From assembly GCF_009914755.1 (NCBI RefSeq), contig NC_060926.1: 64,000 nucleotides of DNA, one strand, 5' to 3'. This stretch comes from the human T2T-CHM13v2.0 reference genome, Homo sapiens. This document shows positions 19,140-32,388 of this stretch, piece after piece. The position numbers and the translations under genes are program-made. Under the pieces are notes generated by a model. The model saw only the letters and a program-made list of their open reading frames with translations, ran no database searches and was not told the DNA's origin. Each line of letters opens with the position of its first letter. The first letter of the stretch is position 1.

Positions 19140-21767
19140 CTATAGGCTTGATCCTGCCCCGCCCCTGGGTTAATGGAAAAAGGGCCTGGTGGGACATTCA
19201 GAGACCTCCTCACTAGCCAATTTGGTATGGAAATATGTTTGTGGCTGTGGACAAGGACCCAGGGTGTCTCATGGTGGATGTAACATTAGACAGAGACTCT
19301 CTCTAGCCTCTGACTGCTCTGCCTGATCAGTCCTTCCTGTGCCAGTCCCAGGCCATTCAGGTTCTCCACTAGCCTTTGGAGATGGCTGAGGCCCAGATGG
19401 AAGAAAGGGGACCTGCCCTTCTGCTCTCCTCAGTTCCTTGCCCCAGGGTTGGGTTCTACTTCCAGAATCCCTCAAAACATTTTGCACAAAACTCCCAGGT
19501 AATCCAAATCAGGACCACCTCTCAGAGCAGTCTTCCTGGATGTCGACCCTGGCCTGGGTTGGATAGGAATCTGGGAAGAGTCTGAGGTTTCTGGATGGGG
19601 TGACTGGGGACAGGGGAGTTGGTTTTGGACAGGTTGAGTGTGTGCTGCCTGTGGAACCCAGTAGAATGGTCCAGTGGGCATTCGGATGGTATTAAAATGC
19701 TCCCGCTCCCTCATTAGCTAGACTTTCAGTTTCCTGTTTGCTTCAGAAAGTAGAGAACTGGGGGTTGTGAAAAGCTCAGTCACTGAGCAGGTAAAGTTTG
19801 ATTGGATGTCGGGAGAAGTAGTCACGGAGTGGAAACAGCTGTGACCTTTTCTTTTTTGCTTGTCACCTAATTGCTATTAGTCATTAATTCATATAAACTA
19901 GATACCTTTGAGAAGTAGGACATGGTCAGATGAATGAGGTGTGGAGACTTAAACAGTAATGACATGCTGAGTTCACAGGTCTCTGTGTCATTATGACCTG
20001 CCTTACATGTAGGTCATAAATATTTTATTTCTGTCTAAATAAATTATAAAAAATGCACTTAATGATATTAAGCTGCAGCTACTTACCTGAAAAGGAACAA
20101 AATATCGCCTCTGAAGTAACTACTAATTATACAATTTTGCAAACTAATAAATATTATTTTAAATCTACTCAATAGTTGATAAATCAATTATGAATTAATC
20201 ATAAAATTATTCTGTGCTTTAATATTAGTTAAGTTTTTACTGTTTACTACTTAGCCATTTAGTTTTTTAAACTTAAATTTATTAACTTAAACCCTCAGCA
20301 TTTCCCACTCATCTCAAACTCCCCTTTGGTTTTTGTGTTCTGTTGAACCTTTGATTTGGCATGTTTCAACTCAAAGAGAATCCCTTCCCTGAGTGACCCC
20401 AGGGTGCCTTATGTGCCAGCATCCTCCACAACTCCATTTTAAGAATGGCTCTCCCATTGAGAAGGCTGCAAAATGCCAGCCTACTCTTTCTCTCTCCTTT
20501 GTGCTGATCAGAAGAAAAATAGCCATAGGTTTCCATTTTCCTTTCCACACAACTGTCGTGTATTGCCTTTTGATCCTTTAGCAAATGTTACCTGCTTGGA
20601 GCAAGGGAAAATCATGCCAGCCCGCCTGTATCCTCTGTGACCTGAGCTGACCTCACCTGCCCCTTGAGGTGCTACCCAGGTTGCCATTAGGCTTGGCTTA
20701 GATGCCACAGATCCTTCATGTCACATGACAGTGTTTTTGATATAACAGTCTTGTGTGTTTTTGATATCACAGTGACCAGTTATCTGTAAAATCATACGTT
20801 TTTCTGTGGATTCTATCAAAAGAGGAAATGTGAGTCTTAAACTAATGCTTTCTAAAAAGAGGAAATGCATGTCTGAAACCAATACCTTCCAAGTTCCCTT
20901 TAAGGTCTTTATGCAGGAAGGGTCCCCCTTGCACCATCCTGGCCCCAAGTTCCTGTGCCAAGCTCCAGAGGCCCCCAGCATCCTCCAGCTGAGTTGTTGG
21001 CAGGGGCAGCCGTGCAGGCCAGACTGTGCAGGCTCTCCTTGTCTCACACCTCCCCGCAGGCCCAGGGGAGCTGGGGAAGGCGATGACAGAAGCAGGCAAT
21101 TCCAAAACACAGTGTTGGGCTTGGCATTTCTTTGGCAGGACTAAAACTGTGTACCTTATAGGAGTGTATGGTGTGTGCATTTCATGATCAAGAAGCAGCA
21201 GCTGCCATAACTTTGTCCACTCAGCAAGATGCTTCCTATGCAGTTCTGCATTGGAACTACTCCACAAAAGTAAAAATGGGGGGCATGGAAGGAAGGATTT
21301 TTCTGTTTTCCCACAAGACAGTGGTTGGATAGCAATAATTGTTACTATTTTAAACATGGAGAGGCTTTCTCATGAAAGACTGCACTCCCTAGTTACAGTA
21401 TTGTCCCCTCCCCACCATCCCACTTCCACCCCAAGTTCTCTATCCCAGCTTGCACATCACCTTAACGCGAACCCATGAATGGTTCAGGAACATAATGCCA
21501 CAGGATCAGAATCCTCTTGGAGGAGACAAGCTGTGTATAACTGGATAAATCTAGGATTCGGGATATCCAAAGATAGCCACCATCTTGCTGTGGAAGGCAT
21601 CATTACTTCCCTGAATAAACTGTAAACATCATAAGATCCCTGTGCTTGCAGTGTGACACCTTCCCTTTAGTCCTGGGCTGGTTCCCTTCAGTTCAAGGTC
21701 ACTGTTGACAAAGTCCAGGGATTGGAGTGAAAATTGGAAGTAAACTTAATAGTCTATGCAGCTCTAG

Positions 21768-22203
<436 letters not shown>

Positions 22204-22435
22204 ACGATTTATTCTTTCTAATGGCATTTAACTGTCTGGATTTTTTCCCATTCTGCCTGAGATGACAGACACATGTTTTTGAATTCTGTTGTTTGCATAG
22301 ATAAAATAACTGGATGATCAAAGTTTTTGGCGAAACATATGGGCATATGGGATATAGCCAGAAGTCTTTAAAGGAGGTGACATTTATTTTAAGGCCCAGT
22401 TGTTACTTACATTGCTCATTTCTGTCTAGTGTGAT

Positions 22436-22775
22436 GTCTTAGTTTAGGCTGCTTTAACAAAACTACCGTAGACTGGGTGGTTTAAACAACAGAAATTTAT
22501 TCCTCACAGTTCTGAAGGCTGGGAAGTCCAAGATCAAGTTGAAGCTGAGGGTTGCTGTTGAGGGCTCTCTTCCCGGCTTACAGATGGACGCCTTCTTGCT
22601 ATGCCCTCACATGTCAGAGAGAGAGATATCTCTCTCCTGTCTCTTCTTCTAAGGACACTATTCCCATTCATGAGGGTTCACAAAGGCCTCCCAAAGGCCC
22701 CACCTCCAAATACTGTCACACAGGAGATTAGGCTTCGACATATGAATGGGACACAAACATTCCATTCATTGCATG
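22436..22775. mobile_element. MaLR LTR (MLT1A/MST-like)
   Basis: tgtcttagtt..ggctgct..aacaaa..gactgggtggtttaaacaacagaaatttatt..ctcacagttctgaaggctgggaagtccaagatcaag. Confidence 0.85.
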
Positions 22776-22781
22776 TAGTGA

Positions 22782-23197
<416 letters not shown>

Positions 23198-24286
23198 TGG
23201 AGAGCTTATACTTCTTTCTGACCACAACCTCTGACAAGAATGTTACCTGGATTTACTGCCTCAATTGGAGCAGAGGGAAGAGAGTCCCTTTATGGTGCTT
23301 AAGAACCTGCATAGCGTAGGGAAAAAAAAAAAAAGCCTGTATCACAACAATTGCCCTCAAATCTCTTCCCTTCTGGGCGACTTTCCTGAGAGGTCCAGAG
23401 TATCCACCCCACTCACCCACCCTCTGCCTGACTCCTTCACTATGTTCATACACATGTGCACACACAGACAGCCTGTGCTGCAGAGACAGACCAGCAACGT
23501 CCTCCCTTTGTTGAGTTCAGCAAAGACTAGCAGGGAAAGCTGTAAGAATAAGGTGCTAATGAGGTTACTGGGGAAGGTGAGCAGCATGATGAGTGTCCAC
23601 AGTCCACAGCGAGGCGGGATTGGACGGGGTTAGCATCTTGGGGACTTAGGCTACTTGGAAGGGTAGGAATGTTTGGGAAGGATACTGGTGCAATAGGCTT
23701 CCTACCATCACCATGCAGCTAGTCTTACCCATTCCAGCTCTGGTCTCTGTAACATGGGGAAAGATACCCAGTTTAGACCAGTATCTGTCAAGTTCACTGT
23801 TAGGTCTTTAGGCAAGAAGTGTCCCCTTTACACTTCAGTCACCTATTAAAGCAATTATTTGCATCTCTCTTGCTCCGCAGACTGAGTTTCTTAAGAGCAG
23901 GGCCTGTGGTTTTTTCAGAGTTGTCTCCAGTGGAAAGGAGTGAAGTTATAGAACACTTTAGTGCACACAAATGTTCTAAACTTTTAAGATTTTAAAAATT
24001 TAAAAAAGATATTCTCCAAAAGCACCCTGGGTAGGGAGCATGTTAGGCAACTGTGCTACGATATTATCCAAACAAGCCAGTGCGGGCTTAGAGGTCCCAA
24101 GACCTTGGGAACCCTGAGGCTGAAGCCCTGCAGGCTGCTCCGACAGCAGCCCACGTGGAAAGCTGGAATTCAGCACAATTGGGCCTGGAGGCTGGGCCAT
24201 CACTCACACTGCGGTGTCTCTACTGAGCTGCTTTAGATCTGGGGTCCAGCTCACCCCTCCTTCTGTATGGCTCAAGGCTAGATGCT

Positions 24287-24678
24287 TGTATTAGTCTGCT
24301 CAGGCTGTCATAACAAAATACCACAGACTGGGTGGCTTAAACTACAGGAATTTATTTTCTCACAGTTCTGGAGGCTGGAAGTCCAAGATCAGGGTGCAGG
24401 CGGGTCGGGTTGTGGTGAGCTCTCTCCTCCCGGCTGGTCAATAGCTGCCTTCTCACTGTGTCCTCACACGGCCTTTCTTCTGTTCCTGTGCCTGAGAGAG
24501 AAAGCGAGCTCTCTGGTGTCTCCTAACCAGGACACTAATCCTAGCAGATCACGGCCCTGCCCTATGACCTCATTTAACCCTTAAAACTTTCTAAGAGGCC
24601 CCATCTCCAAATACAGCCACACTGGGGTTAAGGCTTCAGCATATGAATTAGAGGGGACACATACATCTAGTCCATAAT
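24287..24678. mobile_element. MaLR LTR (MLT1A/B-like)
   Basis: tgtattagtctgctcaggctgtcataacaaaataccacagactgggtggcttaa...ggccccatctccaaatacag. Confidence 0.88.
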
Positions 24679-24689
24679 AACTCTAGAGA

Positions 24690-24915
24690 CGAACTGTCTG
24701 GCTTTCAATCTCTGCTCTGTTACAAACTAGTTGTGGGACCTTAAGGACGTTCTTTTAACTTTTCTAAGCTTCAGGTTCTTCTTGGTAAAAATGGGGGCAA
24801 TGATGGTACCTATCTCCAGGCATTGTAAGGATTAAATCAGATGATGCACACAATGGGCATAGCGAAGGGCCCAGTATATAGTCAGTGTCTAGTAATTATT
24901 AGTTAGCATTATTAA
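24690..24915. mobile_element. MIR
   Basis: Core cttcaggttcttcttggtaaaaatgggg...gtaaggattaaatcagatgatgca. Confidence 0.7.
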
Positions 24916-25308
24916 TAGAGTCCTTTAAGTTCTGAGAATGAGTTTTCTAGATGGTAGTCCTAGGAGAGCAGTCTATCCTGGATTTCCAGGACCAGCCCAG
25001 GCCTGCGTGAATGGGATTCCTGGGCCAGAGAGGTTCCAGGGCTCCCCAGTGTTCTGCAAGGGAGCCAAGCCTCTTCAGAGCCTCGTTAGCCTCCGGAGAC
25101 TTCCAACTAGGAAGTGGAAAAAAATAGGCCGAGGTGGTGGCAGCCCAAGGGTTCTAGAGAAGGGGAGTAGTCAGCCCCATCTATTCCTCCCTCACCCATC
25201 TCCTTTCAAAAAGGATGGCAGAGGGAGGAACTGAGCCAGCTGGGTCTGAATGAAGGGTCACGTTGGATTCCTTCTGGCTTCTTTTTAGTTAATAAATAAA
25301 TAAATAAC

Positions 25309-25600
25309 TTTTTTTTTTTAGACAGAGTCTCGCTCTGTTGCCCAGGCTGGAGTATAGTGGCATGATCTTGGCTCACTGCAACATTTGCCTCCTTGGTTCA
25401 AGTAATTCTTCTGCCTCAGTTTCCTGAGTAGCTGGGACCACAGGCATGCACTACCACGCCCAGCTAATTTTTGTAATTTTAGTAGAGATGGAGTTTTATC
25501 ATGTTGGCCAAGCTGGTCTCGAACTCCTGACCTCAAGTGATCCGCCGGCCTCAGCCTCCCAAAGTGCTGGGATTACAGGCATGAGCCACTGAGCCTGGCC
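25309..25600 (-). mobile_element. AluS
   Basis: Full dimer. Confidence 0.9.
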
Positions 25601-26182
25601 TAAAAAAAGGCTTTTGAACATATATTTTCAGATTATATGTTCCTCCTCCAATTTATTATGTAAAATTTGAAAAATACAGAAACCTGTGAAGGACATAAAA
25701 CTCACCTGGAAACCTTCTACCCAGAGTTAATTCCCTTAAGTCAGATAGACCTAAATCTGAAGCCCATCCCTCCCCCTGGATTTTTATGACCTTTAATGGG
25801 CTACTTGTTATTTTCAAAACCTCTGTTTATTCCTTAAAGTGAGGCTAACACTTCCTGCCTTGTTCCCACTTTGTGGAGGTTGCTGTGTGAATGCATGTAA
25901 AGTGCCAGGCACAGGGTGTTTATTTACTGAGAGCTCTTACTTCTATTGAAGATGATGTCCTTGGCTTTCGATTCTAGCATCAAAGCTCAGACAAGAATTC
26001 TCAGTAAGCTATTATCACAGTGCTCTTTCAGGTTCTCCAACCTCCAAGCATGTGTTACGAGCATGTAAGCAAACCCATCTTGTCATTTATAACATTGACA
26101 TAACGATTATGCAGCAATTTTTCCAGCATAAGTATTCCTAGTTTTCCTCTTACCTTAAAGCTGCTTTAAAAGGTGAGGATTA

Positions 26183-26340
26183 AGCCAGACATGGTGGCAT
26201 GCACCTGTAGTCTCAGTTACTCAAGAGGCTGAAGCTGGAGGATTGCTTGAGCCCAGGAGTTCAAGTTCAGCCTGGGCAATGACATAGAGAACTAAAAAAA
26301 AAAAACAAAAACAAAAAAACAAACAAAAACAAAAAACAAT
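26183..26340 (+). mobile_element. Alu monomer (FLAM/FAM-like)
   Basis: Single arm plus A/AAAC tail; TSD aaggtgaggatta. Confidence 0.82.
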
Positions 26341-26381
26341 TTAAGGTGAGGATTATATCTTTGCATAGAGCATTGGGTTTG

Positions 26382-26384
<3 letters not shown>

Positions 26385-26422
<38 letters not shown>
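26385..26422. repeat. (GA)n microsatellite
   Basis: Direct reading. Confidence 0.95.
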
Positions 26423-26425
<3 letters not shown>

Positions 26426-28574
26426 CATCTCAGACTTCTGGGCTTCCTGTGGCCAGAGTGGCTCTATCCACCACCTAAGAACCAAAGCCATTTTCTTATT
26501 ATTGCATATGAAATTAAAACTCCAGTTTTTAGGTTTTAGGACAAAAGATCCCTTGACATGTGTTCAGCTTCACCCCAGCTCCAGACAATAGGCTTGTGGC
26601 TGTGGCTGTCCCCTCTTCCCTAGTCTCTCCAGTCCAACTCCCCACGGCCTCTCTGCCCTGTCGCCTTCCACTCTAGGGGAGCAGGGCCTCTTCTCCCCAG
26701 AGGTCAGAATGATACCCTGCAGGGAGCAGATGTTCCTGGAGTACAGTTGTCACTCCCAGCCACCTGCTTTGTTTCCCAGCACTCCCTCAGGCAGCAGCCC
26801 CCAAGGGCCATGCTTTCCTTACAGCAGGAGAACCTGGTGGTTGAGGCTCCATATAAGCTTTCTTGTTTGTTGTTGAGATTCCATGCACTTGAGCCTGGCC
26901 AACTTGGCAAAAAATAAACCAACTGTTTCCAGGAGAACAGGCTATGATCTCCAAATATCTGACATGTGCCCTTACAAGAGGTACTCCTTTAATAGATCCC
27001 CAAGGCCTTTTCATCCTGGGACACAGCCTTCCCAGAACTTCCCTGGTGACAGACAAAGTTAAATGATGAGGATGAGAGAAAATATGTTGCTCCCTTTGTT
27101 CTATTCACCGTAATTAGCTGTGTTAGGAAAATTGAGCCTTATCCTGGACATAGAGTTGCAAAATATCCCTGAAAACAAACATGGAATTGGTCTACTACTC
27201 ATTGCTTTAAACCATTTTGATTGTGTTAGAGTGCAACAAGTAGATGGGGCTATTTATTCGTTTATTCACCAGTTTTGAGTATTCTGTACTGGATGCTGAG
27301 GATGGGGAGCGGGCGGAGACAAAGATGACTGATAGGACTGTCTTTGAGGACCCTACTCCATAGGTGGAGAGAGAATCTAGTGCCGTGAAGGCAATGGATC
27401 TAGTGAAGGCACAAAGAGAGTCAGAGAAAACTTTTCAGAAGAGGGGACAATTGGGCCCTGAAGAACGAGAAATTTACTGCGTATAAAAGTGGGCTTTATT
27501 TTACCTCAAGGACACACTGCAATGGCGTAATCTCCTTCCTGCTGGTCAGAGTTTGTCCTATATTTTCTAAGCCTGAATGTAAATATTTTCTGTTCAGATA
27601 TCTAAGGGTCAAGAGAGTTGCATATCCTTATTATTATTATAAATCCTTATTAGAATTTATATTATAAATATAAATATAACAATTTTATATACTTATAATT
27701 ATATAATTATAATTCATATTATAAATATAAATCCTTATTATTATAGATAATTCCTTACTTATTTTGGATATTAACCAAAGTGTGCCCCCTGGATGGAAAT
27801 TTTAAGCAACTCACCATGACCACAGCTATCTGAGTTGCCCTCAGCACTGGCCCCATTTCCTATGTGCACCCCATTTCACTTCTCAGGTCCCTGCAGTGGC
27901 TCCCCCACATCTTCACACTCTTCTCAAATCCACTCATTCTGTACCACTCCCACGAGCTCTCAGCCCCCAGCTTTGCAGAGCAGAGAGAATGCAAACTCGC
28001 TTATATGCCTGTCTCTTCTGCATCTGCACATCACCTCCTCCTACAAGCCTTTGACTTTAACCTCTCTGTATCTCTTTCCTCTTTGGCAAGGTGGGCATAA
28101 TAATACCTTCCCCACAGGATTGTTGGAGGGATCTAATCAAGCAAGCCATGTAAATTGACAAGTGAGGGCCTTGTTTGTTGAGGCCTTCTGTTAATGATGG
28201 TTGCCATTATTCTATGCTACCTCCTTCGGGAGCTCACATCAAAAATAGTCCCTTGATCTCTTAGACCTTTAATCTCTCCCTTGGCTCCTTCTTCACTCCC
28301 TGAAAAATATTAGTCCTAAAATTGATACTTTCCCTCAGCCATGCTCCTTGGGCCGTTTCTAGGCTTTCTTTACTCACAGAGATCTTGACGACTGTATACA
28401 CAGTCTCCACAAACTTGCCTTCAGTCAGAGTTCATCAAAGTCTCACTGATTTCCAAAGCAGAGGTCAAGATCTTCTGTGGTCCTTGCCCCCACTTCACTG
28501 CATGGCTCCATTTAATGCTAAGGGAAGGGAGCTCTACAGAGGAGGGAGTAGTCAGTGGTGTCATATGTGGTTAC

Positions 28575-31385
28575 TTGATGCATAATCCATTTTGAGTTCA
28601 TTTTTATATAAGATTTTAGGTTTAAATTAAGGCTGGGTTTTTGGCCTATGAATATCCAACACCAATTGTTGAAAAGACTGTCCTCCCTTCATTGAATTGC
28701 TTTTGCACCTTTGTCAAAAATCAGTTGACCATAGTTGTCAAGATCATGCAGTCTTGATTACTATAGCTATGTAATATGTCTTGGAATCAAGTAGACTGAT
28801 TCCTCTGACTTTATTCTTCTTTGTGGAGTTTGCTTTAGCTGTTCTAGTTCCTTTGCCAGTCCACATACATTTTGACAATAATATGCAAAAGATTTGTGCT
28901 GGGATTTTAATAGGAATTGCATTAAACATGTATGTCAATTTGGGGAGAATTGACACCATGTTGAGTCTTCCAATCCATGAACATGGTATGTCTCTCCACT
29001 TACTTAGATTGTCTTTGATTTCTTTCATTGGCATTTTGTAGTTTTCAGCATACAAGTCCTATGTGTGTTTTTTCTTTTTTTATATTGACAGATAAAATTG
29101 TATGTATTTGTTGTGTGCAACATGATGTTTTGAAGCACATACGCATTGTGGAATGACTAAATCCAGTTAATTAATAGATGAATTACCTCATATAATGAGA
29201 GGTTAGAACACTTGATAGCCATACTCAAAGCATTTTTCAAGAATACAATGTTATTATTAACTATAGTCACCATGTTGTACAATAGAGCTCTTAAACTTAT
29301 TTAACTGAAATTTTGTATCTTTTCACCAACATTTCCCCAACTCCCCTTTACCCCAACTACTCCAGCCACTGATAACCACCATTCTGTTCTCTATTTCTTT
29401 TTCTTTTTTTTTTTTTTTTTTTTTTTGAGATGGCGTCTCGCTGTGTCGCCCAGGCTGAAGGGCAGTGGCATGATCTCGGCTTACTGCAACCTCTGCCTCC
29501 CCGGTTTAAGCAATTCTCTACCTCAGCCTCCCGAGTAGCTGGGATTACAAGCACCCACCACCACGCCCGGCTAGTTCTTGTATTTTTAGTAGAGACGGGG
29601 TTTCACTATCTTGGGCAGGCTGGTCTTGAACTCCTGACCTCATGACTCACCCACCTCGGCCTCCCAAAGTGCTGGGATTACAAGCATGAGCCACCGCACC
29701 CAGCCTCTGTTCTCTATTTCTATGGATCAACTTTTTTAGGTTCCACGTAGGAGTGAGAGCATGTGGTATTTGTCTTTCTGTGCTTGGCTTATTTTACTTA
29801 ACCTGATGTTCTCCAGATTTATCCAAGTTATTACACATGACAGGACCTCCCCCTTTTTTATGGCTGAGCAGTATTCTATTGTGTGTATATACATCTTTTT
29901 CATCCATTCATCCATTGATGGGCACTTAGGTTGATTCCATATATTGGCTATTGTGAATAATGCTGCAGCAAACAAGGAAATGCAGATATCCCTTCGACAT
30001 CTGATTTCATTTCCCTTGGATATATACCCAGTAGTGGGATTGCTGGACCATATAGTAGTTCTATTTTTAAGTTTTTAAGGATTCTGTATACTGTTTTCCA
30101 TAATGGCTATACTAATTTACATTCCCACCAACAGTGTACAAGAGTTCCCTTTTCTCCACATCCTTGCCAACACTTATCTTTCATCTTTTTGATAATAGTC
30201 ATTCTAACAGGTGTGTGGTGATAATCTCATTGTGGTTTTAACTTGTACTTTTCTGATGATTAGTGATGTTGAGCACTTTTTGATAAATCTATTGGCCATT
30301 TGTATGTCTTCTGAGAAATGTCTATTCAGGTTCTGTGCACATTTTTAAATTGAGTTGTTTTCTTGCTGTTGGGCTCTTTCAATTCCTTATTTATTTTGGA
30401 TATTAACCTCTTGTGAGATGTATAGTTTGCAAATATTTTCTCCCATTTTGTAGGTTTTCTCTTCACTCTGTTGATTGTTTCCTTCGCTATGTAGAAACTT
30501 TTTAGTTTGACGCAATCCCATTTGTCTATCTTTACTTTTGTTGTCTGTGCCTATACATGTTTTCTTGGATTTATGCCTATTTCACTTTTTCTGGTGACAC
30601 CAGGTGTGCATTGCTAGTGTACAGAAAAAAAGTAGCCTTTTGTATATTGATCTTGTAACTTGTGGCCTTGCTTATTTGTTCTAGGAGATTTTTTTTGGTA
30701 GGTTTCTTGGAATTTTTTATGTAGATCATCATGTCATCTGCAACGAGGGACAGTTTTGTTTTTTCCTTTTCAATCTATATGCTGTTTATTTCATTTTCTT
30801 TCCTTATAGTGCTGGCTAGAATAACCTACGTTGCCTAGCACTGGCAAAAGTAGACATCCTTGCCTCTGCTGTAGAGGAAAGTATTTAGCCTTTCACCATT
30901 AAATCTGATGTTAGCTGTAGGTTTTTTTGTAGGTGTTCTTTATCAAGTTGAGGAAGCTACCCTCTCTCCCTACTTTTCTGAGAGTTTTTATCATGAATGG
31001 GTGTTGAATTTTGTCAAATGCTTTTTCTGCATCAGTTGATACGATTTTATGATTTTTCTTCCTTAGTTTATAAAGATGGTGGATTACACTGATTGTTTTT
31101 CAAATATTGAACCAGCCTTGCATTTTTTGAATAAACCCCATTTGTGTGGTGTCTAATTCTTTTTAAATGTTGCTGAATTCTGTTTGCAAATATTTTGTCA
31201 AGAATTTTTTATATCTATATTCACGAGAGATATTGCTCTGTAGTTTTCTTTCTGTAGTGTCTTTGTCTGGTTTTTGGTATAAGGCTAATACCGGCTTCAT
31301 AAAATGAATTGGGAAGGGTTTCCTTCTCTTCTGTTTTCTGGATGAGGTCAGTATTAATTCTTCTTTAAATGTTTGAAAAAGTTCT
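28575..31385 (-). mobile_element. Old L1M ORF2 fragment containing a nested L1MA 3' end (~29070-30549) and an AluS (29398-29705)
   Basis: ORFs 28744..29055 (WRDIPCSWIGRLN), 29736..29975 (WNQPKCPS) and 31163..31705 are L1 ORF2 remnants. Alu TSD tctgttctctatttct. Confidence 0.88.
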
Positions 31386-31389
31386 CCAG

Positions 31390-31520
31390 CTTTTGAAAAC
31401 TGTTGATGCTGTGGACCCAATCTGGCCCAAATAAATCTGCATCTCTGGGGGTGGGGCTTGGGCATACATAGTTGTCCAAAGCTACTCAGGTGAGCTTCAT
31501 GTGCAACCAGCTGTGGAGCT
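31390..31520. mobile_element. MER5A-like fragment
   Basis: aatctgcatctctgggggtgggg...caggtgagcttcatgtgcaaccag. Confidence 0.6.
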
Positions 31521-32127
31521 AAGTGTTGGTTGTGGACTTCTTGAAGCCAAAATAGGAGCATGAAGGAAGCAGAATCCATCTGAGGAATGTCATGAATTAA
31601 ACAGCTGTGAGATTTGGAGAGTTCAGCTCTGAGACACACCCCCAGAGGCTCTGGTGTTTTCAGGATACCGTGCAGTGTAAGGGAGACATTTGTTGTATAA
31701 GACATGTGGGTTCGACTTGGCTACTTGATAACCATAAATTCCTTAGCAATTTCAGCTTTCTCATCTGTAAAATGCCTTGGGTTGTTTTGGGGATAGTAGA
31801 GATATGAGAAATGAGATATGAGAGATAGAAAATGAGATAGTAGATGTGAAAGTGCTTTGGAGCTCACATAGCATTTTGGGAAAGTAAAACATGATGTTTC
31901 TGTAGGCCCCAGCTTCTCCCTTACTGCAGCTGTGTCCTGATTCCTAATAAGTCCCTCTGGGAAGCCAGTGGGAGGCTTGTGACTCCCGCTGGCTGTAGGG
32001 GAAAGTTCCTCCTCTTCTCTGCTCACTTACCCTGACCATGGAATTTGGGCTTTGATAGGAGGGATGGGAAACTGGAAACAGTGAGAAGGGACTTTGACCT
32101 TGACCATGCTCACCTTCTTGTAGGAAC

Positions 32128-32388
32128 ATGCTTGCCAACTCAGCCAGCGTGAGGATCCTCATCAAGGGAGGCAAGGTGGTGAACGATGACTGCACCCACG
32201 AGGCTGACGTCTACATCGAGAATGGCATCATCCAGCAGGTGGGCCGCGAGCTCATGATCCCTGGCGGGGCCAAGGTGATTGATGCCACAGGAAAACTGGT
32301 GATCCCTGGTGGCATCGACACCAGCACCCACTTCCACCAGACCTTCATGAATGCCACGTGCGTGGACGACTTCTACCATGGGACCAAG
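32128..32388 (+). CDS. DPYSL5: DPYSL5/CRMP5 first coding exon (exon starts 32124 with 4 nt of 5'UTR), aa 1-87
   Basis: Translates MLANSASVRILIKGGKVVNDD...IDATGKLVIPGGIDTSTHFHQTF...DDFYHGTK, the CRMP5 N-terminus (amidohydrolase/dihydropyrimidinase fold). Acceptor ccttcttgtag|GAACATG, donor AAG|gtaatg; 261 nt, phase 0. Confidence 0.98.

Noticed and set aside
19991-20019. Hairpin ttatgacct...aggtcataa with nuclear-receptor half-sites
   Set aside because: A short stem is expected by chance in 64 kb, the 11-bp everted spacing is not a standard response element, and it is too short for a pre-miRNA.
20081-20089. ACTTACCTG as a U1 snRNA pseudogene
   Set aside because: Only 9 nt match; the following sequence is not U1.
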